Shown: one piece after another, positions 16,937 to 25,999 of the stretch
How positions within the stretch are numbered: position 1 is the stretch's first letter
How the letters are laid out: each line of letters opens with the position of its first letter
Origin: an uncultured Clostridia bacterium
GTDB taxonomy: Bacteria > Bacillota > Clostridia > Oscillospirales > Acutalibacteraceae
Assembly (NCBI GenBank): GCA_947627135.1
Contig: CANQUV010000014.1
Coordinates: forward strand, 10,533 to 74,532
Reading direction: 5' to 3'
DNA: 64,000 nt
The notes under the pieces: model-generated
What the model was told of the DNA's origin: nothing
The model's input: only the letters and a program-made list of their open reading frames with translations
Database searches by the model: none
Made by a program: the position numbers and the translations under genes

Positions 16937-18103
16937 CTATTTTAACCAGGCAAGATCAGTATCCGTTGCAAAATTGTCAATACCGTAAAGAACTAAAACC
17001 TTATCAAAGTTTCCTTTTTTTACAATCTCTGAAACAGAACCCTTATAATACCTTAAATCAACAAGGGTTATACTGTTGAAATTATCTGCTGCAAAGGGTG
17101 CAAAACAATGTGAAAAACTGTCTTTGATAATTAAAAGATTTCCTGTTTTTACATTTGTATTTGTTATATGTTCAATTGGATGGTTTCCGTCGAGAAAAAT
17201 CGGATATTTATCATCTTCTTCCAGATGATTAAAAAAATACATATTATGATATGTTTGTTGGGTATCTCCTTCTACAATTTCTAACGTAATATTTTTTTCC
17301 GTATCATCAGGATTGTTCCATACCTGAACTTTATCGGGATCTGTAAACCAGAACCCGCTTGTAGAATATGTTGTTCCGTAAAAATCATCGTAAGTTTCTA
17401 TATTGAACTTCTCTTCGCTTGTTGGTGTAATTCCCCATTTATCGCAAAGCTGTTTATATCCTTCGTATGCTCCTTGCGTTGTCCAATGGTGGTCGGTTTT
17501 ATAGTAAAGCTGGATACCGTCGCTTGAACTTTTCTTAAATCTTTCCCGTAAATCTATAAATTCTATATTGTTTGTACTGCAAGCGTTTATAATTTGATTA
17601 AAATAAATATCATCATTATAATTAAAATGATTTACAGGAAGTTTATCGCTCATTATATATCCTGTGCTGGGAACGATCTCCACAGATACCGGAACATCAA
17701 TACTTTTACTGAACTTTACAACTGTATTTATATTATTTTGTACTTTACTGTTCTTTTCTTCTACGGGAACATTTATTAAATAACCGTCTTTACCGTTGTA
17801 AACGCCGTCAGCTCCGTTATGACCTATATAAAGATTATAATATGAATTTAAACCCTTCCAGAAATTTCTGCCATAGAATTGGTCTGCAAGGTAAGTTTCA
17901 AAATTTTCGGTAAATTCACCGCTAAACAAGGTTTCAAAAGAAAACTCCGGAAATTGCTCTAAATACCTTTTTTCGGTTGAGCTGTAATCACTTTTCGGCA
18001 TTATTATAAAAAGTATGCAAAAGGTAAAAATAAATCCAACAAACAAAACTAATGGTCCAAATCTTAAAATACTTTTATTTTCTTTTGTATTATCCATAGT
18101 CAC
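16937..18103 (-). CDS. DHHW-family protein (AlgX/AlgJ/PatB-like SGNH-type O-acyl transfer partner of MBOAT)
   Basis: N-terminal TM anchor and the signature YYKTDHHWTTQGAY. Immediately downstream of the MBOAT gene. Confidence 0.75.
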   Translation of the reverse strand: MTMDNTKENKSILRFGPLVLFVGFIFTFCILFIIMPKSDYSSTEKRYLEQFPEFSFETLFSGEFTENFETYLADQFYGRNFWKGLNSYYNLYIGHNGADGVYNGKDGYLINVPVEEKNSKVQNNINTVVKFSKSIDVPVSVEIVPSTGYIMSDKLPVNHFNYNDDIYFNQIINACSTNNIEFIDLRERFKKSSSDGIQLYYKTDHHWTTQGAYEGYKQLCDKWGITPTSEEKFNIETYDDFYGTTYSTSGFWFTDPDKVQVWNNPDDTEKNITLEIVEGDTQQTYHNMYFFNHLEEDDKYPIFLDGNHPIEHITNTNVKTGNLLIIKDSFSHCFAPFAADNFNSITLVDLRYYKGSVSEIVKKGNFDKVLVLYGIDNFATDTDLAWLK

Positions 18104-18120
18104 AGCTCCTTTCTAAAAAA

Positions 18121-19515
18121 TTAAAATCTAAAATACAAAAACGGATTGTAGCTTTGATTTACCAATGAAGCTGTGCATAAAAGAAGTACAACTGCACAAT
18201 AAGCTGTTTCCGGAATCCATATAAATCCTCCGGATTTCACCTTTTCGTATAATTTTGCACCGAGAGGCGTACTTGCCAGAGCTGCAATAATAAACAACGG
18301 CAAGTAAGATATAGTAATGGACAAAGCCTCCTGACCGATAATACCCTGAGTAAAATCAAACATACCCGCAAGATAAGACATAAGCTGACCCATATCTTCA
18401 AAGTAGAACAATGTCCAGCCTATCATTACAATAAATAATGTATATATATGCTGAACTGCCGATGGCAGTTTTTCAAGCCATTTCATTAAAATGAACTTTT
18501 CTATAATTAGAATTATGCCGTAGTAAAGTCCCCATAATATAAAATTGTACGCCGCACCGTGCCAAAAGCCTGTTAGAAACCATACAACAAGCAAATTGAA
18601 TATTTGGCGTTTAACACCCTTTCTGTTGCCGCCGAGAGGAATGTAAACATATTCCCTGAACCATGTACTTAAGGAAATATGCCACCTTCTCCAAAATTCG
18701 GTAATTGTCTTTGAAATATACGGATAATTAAAGTTCTTTAAAAATTCAAACCCGAACATATTTCCAAGACCGCACGCCATATCGCTGTAACCGCTGAAAT
18801 CAAAGTAAATTTGAAAAGTATATGCCGCAATACCAATCCAACTGCCCAACACACCGTTAGCTTGTCCCGTTTCACGGATTGCGTCCCACATAGCTCCCAT
18901 CTGATTTGCTATTAAAACCTTTTTGCCAAGGCCTACCATAAACAGTTTAACACCGTGTGTTACCTGGTCAAGTGTTTCTTTTCTGTGGTCAAGCTGATAA
19001 GCAACATCTTTGTATCTTACAATAGGACCTGCTATCAACTGCGGAAACAAAGCCACATAAGTTCCAAAGGTAATTATATTTTTCTGAACAGGAGCGTCTC
19101 CTCTGTAAACATCTATTGAATAGGACATCGTCTGGAATGTATAAAAGCTTATGCCTATTGGCAGAGGAATCGTTAAAACAGGAAGATTTACAAAGGGCAA
19201 AACATTTAATGTGTTTGTAATAAAACCTGCATATTTGAAGAATCCCAGCAAAGACAAATTAATTACAACCGATGATATTAAAAATACCTTCGCTTTTCTT
19301 TTGTTATCCCTGTATTTGTCAATAAAATAACCGTGGGTATAGTCTACTGCCGTTGAAAAGAGCATAAGAAGAACAAAAACAGGCTCTCCCCAGCCGTAAA
19401 AAATCAAGTTTACTATAAATAAAAATAAGTTTCTGAATTTTCGGGGAACTATATAATAAACTAAAAGTACAAAGGGCAGATACATAAATAAAAATATAAT
19501 ACTTGAAAATACCAA
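18121..19515 (-). CDS. MBOAT-family membrane O-acyltransferase (AlgI/DltB/PatA-like)
   Basis: Polytopic, with the conserved region WRRWHISLSTWFREYVYIPLGGNR and FLTGFWHGA. Likely TTG start at 19515 (giving MVFSSIIFLF...) with AGGGGAG 6 nt upstream. The ORF-track start at 19560 adds 15 atypical residues. Confidence 0.8.
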   Translation of the reverse strand: MVFSSIIFLFMYLPFVLLVYYIVPRKFRNLFLFIVNLIFYGWGEPVFVLLMLFSTAVDYTHGYFIDKYRDNKRKAKVFLISSVVINLSLLGFFKYAGFITNTLNVLPFVNLPVLTIPLPIGISFYTFQTMSYSIDVYRGDAPVQKNIITFGTYVALFPQLIAGPIVRYKDVAYQLDHRKETLDQVTHGVKLFMVGLGKKVLIANQMGAMWDAIRETGQANGVLGSWIGIAAYTFQIYFDFSGYSDMACGLGNMFGFEFLKNFNYPYISKTITEFWRRWHISLSTWFREYVYIPLGGNRKGVKRQIFNLLVVWFLTGFWHGAAYNFILWGLYYGIILIIEKFILMKWLEKLPSAVQHIYTLFIVMIGWTLFYFEDMGQLMSYLAGMFDFTQGIIGQEALSITISYLPLFIIAALASTPLGAKLYEKVKSGGFIWIPETAYCAVVLLLCTASLVNQSYNPFLYFRF

Positions 19516-19677
19516 ATTTTGCTCCCCTTTCCTTAATACATTAAAGTCAACATTATCCAATTATAATTTTAGAGCAAAAAGTACAAATAGTCAATAAAAA
19601 ATCATACAATGATTTAAAAATACTTTTTTATAAGCAAAAAAGCTGTCTAAAAACAAATAAACTTTCAAGACAGCTCT

Positions 19678-19932
19678 TTATGATTTATTATTATCGTCAT
19701 CAAAGGAATAATCGTTTAATTCCTTAAAATCTAAAAATTCAGCTAAAGTCATATTAAAAGTAGTTGCTACTTTGTGAAGTGTTTTTACTCCGGGATTTTT
19801 TGTTATACCTCTTACAATATTATCTAATGTTGATTGCTTAACATCACTCATATATGCAAGCTTATTAATACTTAGTCCCCGATTTTTGCAAAGTTGACGA
19901 ATTCTTTTTACATATATTTCCGAATAATCCAT
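19678..19932 (-). CDS. XRE-family HTH transcriptional regulator
   Basis: HTH segment LCKNRGLSINKLAYMSDVKQSTLDNIVRG. AAGGAG RBS before the ATG at 19932. The longer ORF-track N-terminus lacks an RBS. Confidence 0.75.
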   Translation of the reverse strand: MDYSEIYVKRIRQLCKNRGLSINKLAYMSDVKQSTLDNIVRGITKNPGVKTLHKVATTFNMTLAEFLDFKELNDYSFDDDNNKS

Positions 19933-20092
19933 ACTAAGCTCCTTTATTATCATTATTACCCGTTTAAGGGTTAATATAATGATAATACGAGCCATAGGGT
20001 AAATTACCCGAATACGGGTTGACAATTCAGGTGATTATAAATACAATAAAGGTTACCCATATTAAGGTAACCGTTTTGTTTGATCTTTTGCT

Positions 20093-20377
20093 TTAATCTA
20101 ACTCTTCCAGCTCTTTTATAATTTGCGAAAAAGCGTCATTCCAGCCCTCAATGGCGTTTACTCCGCCTCCGTTTACACTTCTTAATTTACTGTCATTCAT
20201 ATCTTCGCCGTATGCAAAAAGCTCACCCGGATAAATTTCAAAACCGTTTTGTAAGCAAACATCACAAAAGCTTTTTAGCGGATCCTTATCCTCAGAAGCA
20301 TTCAGCAAAGCTTTTCTTAACTTTTTATCTTCTCTCGCCTTTTCGCTAAGACGGATTAGTTCGCTGTATATTGCCAT
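20093..20377 (-). CDS. Nif11-domain protein with internal GG(G) motif
   Basis: The N-terminal ~55 aa match the Nif11 pattern (L..L..K...D..L...L.......L...C....GFEI...EL). Then LRSVNGGG, then the 22-aa acidic amphipathic tail VNAIEGWNDAFSQIIKELEELD. Confidence 0.55.
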   Translation of the reverse strand: MAIYSELIRLSEKAREDKKLRKALLNASEDKDPLKSFCDVCLQNGFEIYPGELFAYGEDMNDSKLRSVNGGGVNAIEGWNDAFSQIIKELEELD

Positions 20378-20393
20378 AACAACACCAACCGTT

Positions 20394-20828
20394 TCAATTT
20401 TGCTTGTTTAAAAGTTTTTTCATATAATATCTACAATGCTCAAAGGGACAATCCTCCAACACTCCAAATATTTCATATCCATGTTTTATATAAAAATCCT
20501 TTGCCTGAAAATCAAACGTATCTAAATGAATAAGGTTACATTTCTTTTTTGAGGCTATTTTTTCAACCTCTTTAAGCAGTTTACTGCCTATTCCTTTGTT
20601 TCTGAAGCTTTCATCGACCCATAGAATATCCACATAAACTACATTCCAACAGTACATTTTGGCAATACAACCGCCAATTATATTTCCGTCTTGGTCAACA
20701 CTTTTAATATTTATATTTTCAAAATCAATTTCCTGAGTTTTAGGAACCTTTGATAAATTATATTCAACAAGTCTGTCGCAAATATAATCAGAGTCGCTTT
20801 TTTCACAATTTACAATTTTATAATTCAT
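20394..20828 (-). CDS. GNAT-family N-acetyltransferase
   Basis: Acetyl-CoA binding motif FRNKGIGSKLL. 144 aa. Confidence 0.8.
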   Translation of the reverse strand: MNYKIVNCEKSDSDYICDRLVEYNLSKVPKTQEIDFENINIKSVDQDGNIIGGCIAKMYCWNVVYVDILWVDESFRNKGIGSKLLKEVEKIASKKKCNLIHLDTFDFQAKDFYIKHGYEIFGVLEDCPFEHCRYYMKKLLNKQN

Positions 20829-20920
20829 TTTATCTCTTCTATAATTATCTTTTTATCGGATGTATATAATGCCTTTGTATATAATATAACCTCTCCGTGA
20901 AAAATTTCACAAGAGAGGTT

Positions 20921-20996
20921 TGGAGCTGATGACGGGACTTGAACCCACGACCTGCTGATTACGAATCAGCTGCTCTACCAACTGAGCTACATCAGC
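20921..20996 (-). tRNA. tRNA-Thr (anticodon CGU)
   Basis: The reverse complement gives GCTGATGTAGCTCAGTTGGTAGAGCAGCTGATTCGTAATCAGC... with anticodon loop TTCGTAA, a perfect 7-bp acceptor stem and encoded CCA. Confidence 0.9.
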
Positions 20997-21194
20997 ATGT
21001 AAAAAATATTATATATTAAAAATTTTTTATTTTCAATACCTAAAAAGAATAAAAAATAGGGAAAAGTGCATAATAATCCAGTAAAAAATAGCTTTTTGAG
21101 TGATTATACTTCACAATATGTGTCAGAAAAAATTTTTCCATTTATAATGTAGATAAATTAAAAATTTTGTCACAAGGAGGTATGAAATATAGTT

Positions 21195-21620
21195 ATGAAG
21201 AAAAATGAAAATCGTGAAAAATTCGGCCAGCGTCTTAAAAAATTAAGAAACAATAATGATTTTACCCAACAGCAGGTTGCTGATGCTTTAAAAATCGACC
21301 GCTCAACATACAGTTATTATGAAACAGGCAAAACCGAACCTAATTATGAATCTACATTAAAGCTTGCTAAAATTTTCGGTGTAACTGTTCAAGAGCTTTT
21401 AACTGGTGAAATTCCTAAAAGTTCCGGCGTATCAGAACCTCCCCCATTTAACTTACCCACTACCCTTAACGATAACCTATCAAATGATGAAAAGTTTTTA
21501 ATAATTAATTTCAGAACTCTTCCTAAAGAACAGCAAAGAAAAATTTTGGAAGGGATTATTAATAATGAAAACACCATAAATAACGAAAACTCTGATAAAA
21601 CTCAAAAGAATAATTTTTAA
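21195..21620 (+). CDS. XRE-family HTH regulator with low-complexity C-terminal tail
   Basis: HTH segment FTQQQVADALKIDRSTYSYYETGKTEP. Confidence 0.75.
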   Translation: MKKNENREKFGQRLKKLRNNNDFTQQQVADALKIDRSTYSYYETGKTEPNYESTLKLAKIFGVTVQELLTGEIPKSSGVSEPPPFNLPTTLNDNLSNDEKFLIINFRTLPKEQQRKILEGIINNENTINNENSDKTQKNNF

Positions 21621-21774
21621 TGTTTTTCCATTTTTTACTTTACTTTTGAAAATCAGTGTGATATAATTCAACTGTTACGCCCCTTTCTCGGGTTTAGGAT
21701 TAAGCCGTATTGCGGAATTTCACAGCCTTTTCCTGAGATTGAACGGGAAAATTTTATATAAAGGTGGAATAAAA

Positions 21775-22038
21775 ATGCTTAAAGAAGAAAAGCAGGCCAT
21801 TATGGCTGAATATGCAACTCATGAAGGCGATACAGGTTCTCCTGAGGTTCAAATTGCATTATTAACAAAAAGAATCAATGATTTAACAGAACATTTAAAG
21901 GTTCATAAAAAAGACCATCACAGCCGCCGAGGTTTATTTAAAATGATTGGTCAGAGAAGAAGCCTTCTAAACTACCTTATTAAGGTTGATATTGAAAGAT
22001 ACCGTTCAATTATTTCAAGACTCGGTATTCGTAAGTAA
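21775..22038 (+). CDS. rpsO: 30S ribosomal protein S15
   Basis: [31 protein letters not shown]... 87 aa from the ATG at 21775, preceded by AAAGGTGG. Followed by pnp, as in most bacteria. Confidence 0.95.
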   Translation: MLKEEKQAIMAEYATHEGDTGSPEVQIALLTKRINDLTEHLKVHKKDHHSRRGLFKMIGQRRSLLNYLIKVDIERYRSIISRLGIRK

Positions 22039-22226
22039 TTTTAATACTATTGGGGCAGGCGGTTTCCGTTTGCCCTATATTGCGTTTTTTACAGGTTTTT
22101 TATATTGGCACTTTAGCGGTAAAACGAGCTTGTATTTTTTAAAATTCAAGTTGGTTTTATTGCTAAGACAATGTAAAAATCCTGTTATTATATAAAATGA
22201 AAGTTTTACTTTCGGAAAGGATTTTT

Positions 22227-24434
22227 ATGAACAAACCAATGATATTTGACAAGTACAAAGTATTTGAAACAGAATTTGCCGGCAGACCATTAAAGGTCGA
22301 AACAGGCAAAATGACTCAGCTTGCTAACGGTGCGTGCTTAGTACACTACGGCGAGACGGTAGTACACGTTGCTGTTACTGCATCAGAAAAACCCAGAGAG
22401 GGAGTCGATTTCTTTCCGCTTTCGGTTGATTACGAGGAGAAACTTTATTCAGTAGGCAAAATTCCCGGCAGTTTTTTAAAGCGTGAGGGCAGACCAACTG
22501 AAAAGGCAATTTTAACAAGTCGTGTTATCGACAGACCTATTCGTCCATTATTTCCTAAAGATATGAGAAACGACTGTTCTGTTGTCTGCACAGTTATGGC
22601 TGTTGACCCTGACTGCTCACCTGAAATTACAGCTATGATAGGTACATCAATTGCCATATCCATTTCCGATGTTCCTTGGAACGGACCTATTTCAGGCTGT
22701 TCCGTAGGTTATATTGACGGAGAATTTGTAATCAATCCTACAAACGAGCAGAAAGAAATATCAAAGATGGCAACAACCGTTGCATCAACCGACAGCAGAA
22801 TTGCCATGATCGAAGCAGGTGCCGACTGCGTAAGCGACGAAGTTATGTACAATGCAATCATGGCAGGTCACGAAGCAAATCAGAAAATAATTGAATTTAT
22901 CAAGGGCATTCAGGCAGAGATCGGAAAAGACAAGTTTACTTATCCAAGTAATGACCCCGAACACGAAATGTTTGAAGCAATTATGGAATTTGCAGAGGCA
23001 GATGTTAAAGCAGCTCTTGATACTGACGACAAAACAGTAAGAGACGAAAGACTTTTGCCGATTTATGACGCAGTTCACGCTAAATTTGACGAGATTTATC
23101 CAGAATGTGAAGCAAAAATCGACGAATGTCTTTATAAAACACAAAAGACTATCGTACGCCGTTGGTTATTAGACGAACAAAAGCGTGTTGACGGCAGAGG
23201 AATGAACGATATCAGACCGCTTGCCTCAGAAGTATCAGTACTGCCGAGGGTTCACGGATCAGGCTTATTTACAAGAGGTCAGACACAGGTTTTGACTGTT
23301 GCTACGTTAGGGCCTGTATCAGACAAGCAAATTCTCGATGGCATTGACGGTGAAGACGAAAAAAGATATATGCACCATTACAACTTCCCAAGCTATTCTG
23401 TTGGAGAGACAAAGCCAAGCAGAGGCCCCGGAAGAAGAGAAATCGGTCACGGCGCATTGGCAGAGCGTGCATTAGTTCCTGTAATACCGTCAGTTGAGGA
23501 TTTTCCTTATGCAATCAGACTTGTTTCTGAAGTTCTTTCATCAAACGGTTCAACATCACAAGGTTCTATATGCGGTTCTACTCTTGCCCTTATGGATGCA
23601 GGTGTTCCCATTAAAGCACCTGTTGCAGGTATCTCCTGCGGTCTTATTACAGAGGGCGACCGTTGGATGACTATGGTTGACATTCAGGGGCTTGAAGATT
23701 TCTTCGGTGATATGGACTTTAAGGTTGCAGGTACTCACGACGGTATAACTGCAATTCAGATGGATTTAAAAATCAGCGGACTAACTCCCGAAATGGTTAA
23801 AGAGGCTCTTGAAAAAACTCACAATGCAAGAAATTATATTCTTGATGAAGTTATGCTAAAAGCTATTGCAAAACCTAGAGAAGAACTTTCAAAATATGCT
23901 CCTAAAATGTTTACAACAACAATTCCGGCTGAAAAAATCAGTGAGGTTATCGGTAAGAGCGGTAAAGTTATCAAAGAGATTCAGACAGAATGTGAAGTTA
24001 AAATCGACATTGAAGAAGACGGCGATATAGGACAGGTATTTGTATCCGGTCTTGATACCGAAAAATGTAAAAGAGCAGTTGAAATCGTTAATACTATTGC
24101 AAGGGACCCTGAACCGGGTGCAATATTCCTCGGAAAAGTAACAAGAATTATGGACTTTGGTGCGTTTGTAGAGATTGCTCCGGGCAAAGAAGGACTTTGC
24201 CATATTTCACAACTTGATGTAAAACATACCAATAAGGTTACCGACGTTGTAAACGTAGGTGATATTATCAGAGTTAAGGTTCTTGAAATTGACGATAAGG
24301 GTAGACTTAACCTTTCAAGAAGAGACGTTCTAATTGAGGTTGACGGCTTAACTCCTGAAAACGATGCCGATTCAGAACAGTCACGTCCGAGAAAGCCATT
24401 TAACGATAGAAGAGGAAAAAATAACAGACATTAA
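22227..24434 (+). CDS. pnp: polyribonucleotide nucleotidyltransferase (PNPase)
   Basis: Two RNase PH domains, KH (IGKSGKVIKEI) and S1 (GKVTRIMDFGAFVEI) domains. GAAAGGA RBS before the ATG at 22227. Confidence 0.95.
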   Translation: MNKPMIFDKYKVFETEFAGRPLKVETGKMTQLANGACLVHYGETVVHVAVTASEKPREGVDFFPLSVDYEEKLYSVGKIPGSFLKREGRPTEKAILTSRVIDRPIRPLFPKDMRNDCSVVCTVMAVDPDCSPEITAMIGTSIAISISDVPWNGPISGCSVGYIDGEFVINPTNEQKEISKMATTVASTDSRIAMIEAGADCVSDEVMYNAIMAGHEANQKIIEFIKGIQAEIGKDKFTYPSNDPEHEMFEAIMEFAEADVKAALDTDDKTVRDERLLPIYDAVHAKFDEIYPECEAKIDECLYKTQKTIVRRWLLDEQKRVDGRGMNDIRPLASEVSVLPRVHGSGLFTRGQTQVLTVATLGPVSDKQILDGIDGEDEKRYMHHYNFPSYSVGETKPSRGPGRREIGHGALAERALVPVIPSVEDFPYAIRLVSEVLSSNGSTSQGSICGSTLALMDAGVPIKAPVAGISCGLITEGDRWMTMVDIQGLEDFFGDMDFKVAGTHDGITAIQMDLKISGLTPEMVKEALEKTHNARNYILDEVMLKAIAKPREELSKYAPKMFTTTIPAEKISEVIGKSGKVIKEIQTECEVKIDIEEDGDIGQVFVSGLDTEKCKRAVEIVNTIARDPEPGAIFLGKVTRIMDFGAFVEIAPGKEGLCHISQLDVKHTNKVTDVVNVGDIIRVKVLEIDDKGRLNLSRRDVLIEVDGLTPENDADSEQSRPRKPFNDRRGKNNRH

Positions 24435-24455
24435 TCAAAATGAATTTATTTTTTA

Positions 24456-24490
24456 AAGGCAGTATTATCAATTGATAATACTGCCTTTTC
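24456..24490 (+). terminator. intrinsic terminator after pnp
   Basis: Stem AAAGGCAGTATTATCAA / TTGATAATACTGCCTTT followed by TTTC. Confidence 0.75.
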
Positions 24491-24581
24491 TGTAATTATC
24501 AATAATAAGTTGCAAAAGTGCAACTGTAAATTGGTAGAAAAATAATTTAATTTATTGTAAAATTAAATTAAGGTGATAAAT

Positions 24582-25187
24582 ATGAAATTTGGACAAAAAA
24601 TTCAAACATTAAGAAAAATTCAATGCTATTCTCAGGAGGAACTGGCACAAATATGTAATGTGAGCAGACAAACAGTTTCAAAATGGGAAACCGATAATAC
24701 TTATCCCGAAATTGAAAAAATAGTGTTATTAAGCAAAATTTTTAATACCACTTTAGATATATTGCTTAAAGATGATTTATCCCTTAATACAATAAAAAAT
24801 GTAAGTTATTGCGGAGGTAATATTTTGGAAGAAAAGAACACATCGATTTTTGAAGGAATACTTATAAAGGAAAGCATAGATGATGAAAATTTGCTTGATT
24901 TTTTATCTGTAAATAAAATAGAATTATGGCATACAAACGATAAACCAAAGTATTGGACAGTTTTGTTTTTTACCTCTTCGGTACAAAATTTACCCGAATT
25001 GATTTCCAATGCTGTAAAACCTGATAATCAATGGTTTGTTGATTTTAAATCGGGTAATATAAAATATATCGTTTTTAAAAATAAAATATTAAAATATACT
25101 ATCGGAAATATTGAAGAAAAAAATACCGTCTGTAACGAATGCAGAAGGCTGGGAATAAAAGAGGAACAATTACAATGGGCGGAATAG
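24582..25187 (+). CDS. XRE-family HTH regulator with ~130-aa C-terminal domain of unknown function
   Basis: HTH segment YSQEELAQICNVSRQTVSKWETD. AAGGTG RBS before the ATG at 24582. Confidence 0.7.
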   Translation: MKFGQKIQTLRKIQCYSQEELAQICNVSRQTVSKWETDNTYPEIEKIVLLSKIFNTTLDILLKDDLSLNTIKNVSYCGGNILEEKNTSIFEGILIKESIDDENLLDFLSVNKIELWHTNDKPKYWTVLFFTSSVQNLPELISNAVKPDNQWFVDFKSGNIKYIVFKNKILKYTIGNIEEKNTVCNECRRLGIKEEQLQWAE

Positions 25188-25540
25188 TTACCTCGGAAAA
25201 ATTACAAAAGCTTTGTGAAGAAAAGTTTGGTGCTTATATTGACTTTCCCTTTGGTGACTTACCGATATGCTATAAGGTTAAAGGAAAAATATTTGCAGAA
25301 ATCTACCCTGCCGAGGATTTAAAAATTACAGTTTCGTTAAATGCTGATGACAATGATTTTTTCAGAAACTCGTATCCTGACGCAGTTGCAAGAGGATACC
25401 ATTGTCCTGCCTCTTTACAGCCATATTGGAGCACCGTATCTGTAAATAAACTCTCAGAACATATATTATTTGAAATAATAGACCTTTCATACAAGCGAGC
25501 AGTTTCAAAATTACCTGTAAAAGTACAAAAAAGTATATGA
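25175..25540 (+). CDS. MmcQ/YjbR-family protein
   Basis: Pattern ...FGAYIDFPFGDLPICYKVKGKIFAEI... Start ATG at 25175 with an AGAGGA RBS. Overlaps the upstream stop by 13 nt. Confidence 0.6.
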   Translation: MGGIVTSEKLQKLCEEKFGAYIDFPFGDLPICYKVKGKIFAEIYPAEDLKITVSLNADDNDFFRNSYPDAVARGYHCPASLQPYWSTVSVNKLSEHILFEIIDLSYKRAVSKLPVKVQKSI

Positions 25541-25681
25541 AAAAAGACTAATTTATAAATTTTTGCAGTTCAAATTAAATTACTTACCCGAACTTAATAA
25601 ATTTTTAAAATAAAATATTTATTTCCTTTTTATAAAATCACCGGAAGAATTTATCTTCCGATGATTTATCTAAAGTTATTT

Positions 25682-25900
25682 TTAATTTTCTCTTATTTCA
25701 AATAGTTCATTGGGCGTACATTTTAATAATAAACACAAAGTTTCAATGTTTTCATAACGTATGGATTTTGTTTGATTATTTATCATTCTGCTAAAATTCT
25801 GATAACTCATTCCAAGCTGTTTATATAACCAATATTTTGTTTTGCCGTTTTTCTCCAATAAATTTAATACATTTAATTTTATCATAAGATATTTCTCCAT
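25682..25900 (-). CDS. small XRE/Cro-type HTH regulator
   Basis: 72 aa with HTH segment KYWLYKQLGMSYQNFSRMINNQTKS. Confidence 0.7.
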   Translation of the reverse strand: MEKYLMIKLNVLNLLEKNGKTKYWLYKQLGMSYQNFSRMINNQTKSIRYENIETLCLLLKCTPNELFEIREN

Positions 25901-25946
25901 AACTTATTTTATAATGAGATAATATCTTATTATTTCACTTTACATA

Positions 25947-25978
25947 TAGACTATTACATTATATAATGTAATAGTCTA
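25947..25978. promoter_or_regulatory. perfect 32-bp palindrome (candidate operator) in a divergent promoter region
   Basis: TAGACTATTACATTAT|ATAATGTAATAGTCTA. The two 16-nt arms are exact reverse complements. Lies between the Cro-like gene and the Cys-rich small ORF. Confidence 0.6.
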
Positions 25979-25999
25979 CAAACTTTCAGGAGGTATAAA

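Noticed and set aside
16806-16988. 60-aa plus-strand track ORF
   Set aside because: It is composed almost entirely of the two intergenic repeat copies and runs into the 3' end of the DHHW gene on the other strand. It is a repeat artefact.
21986-22195. 69-aa ORF between rpsO and pnp
   Set aside because: It starts inside rpsO in another frame and spans the rpsO-pnp hairpin region. There is no RBS.
3538-24232. Numerous 60-140-aa track ORFs nested inside larger genes (for example 3538-3774, 4287-4619, 4807-5016, 5251-5442, 5596-5793, 7030-7413, 11434-11718, 12433-12666, 15251-15493, 16400-16612, 17594-17779, and the 22445-24232 set inside pnp)
   Set aside because: Each is antisense to, or out of frame within, a CDS with clear family motifs. 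None has an RBS or a recognisable domain.
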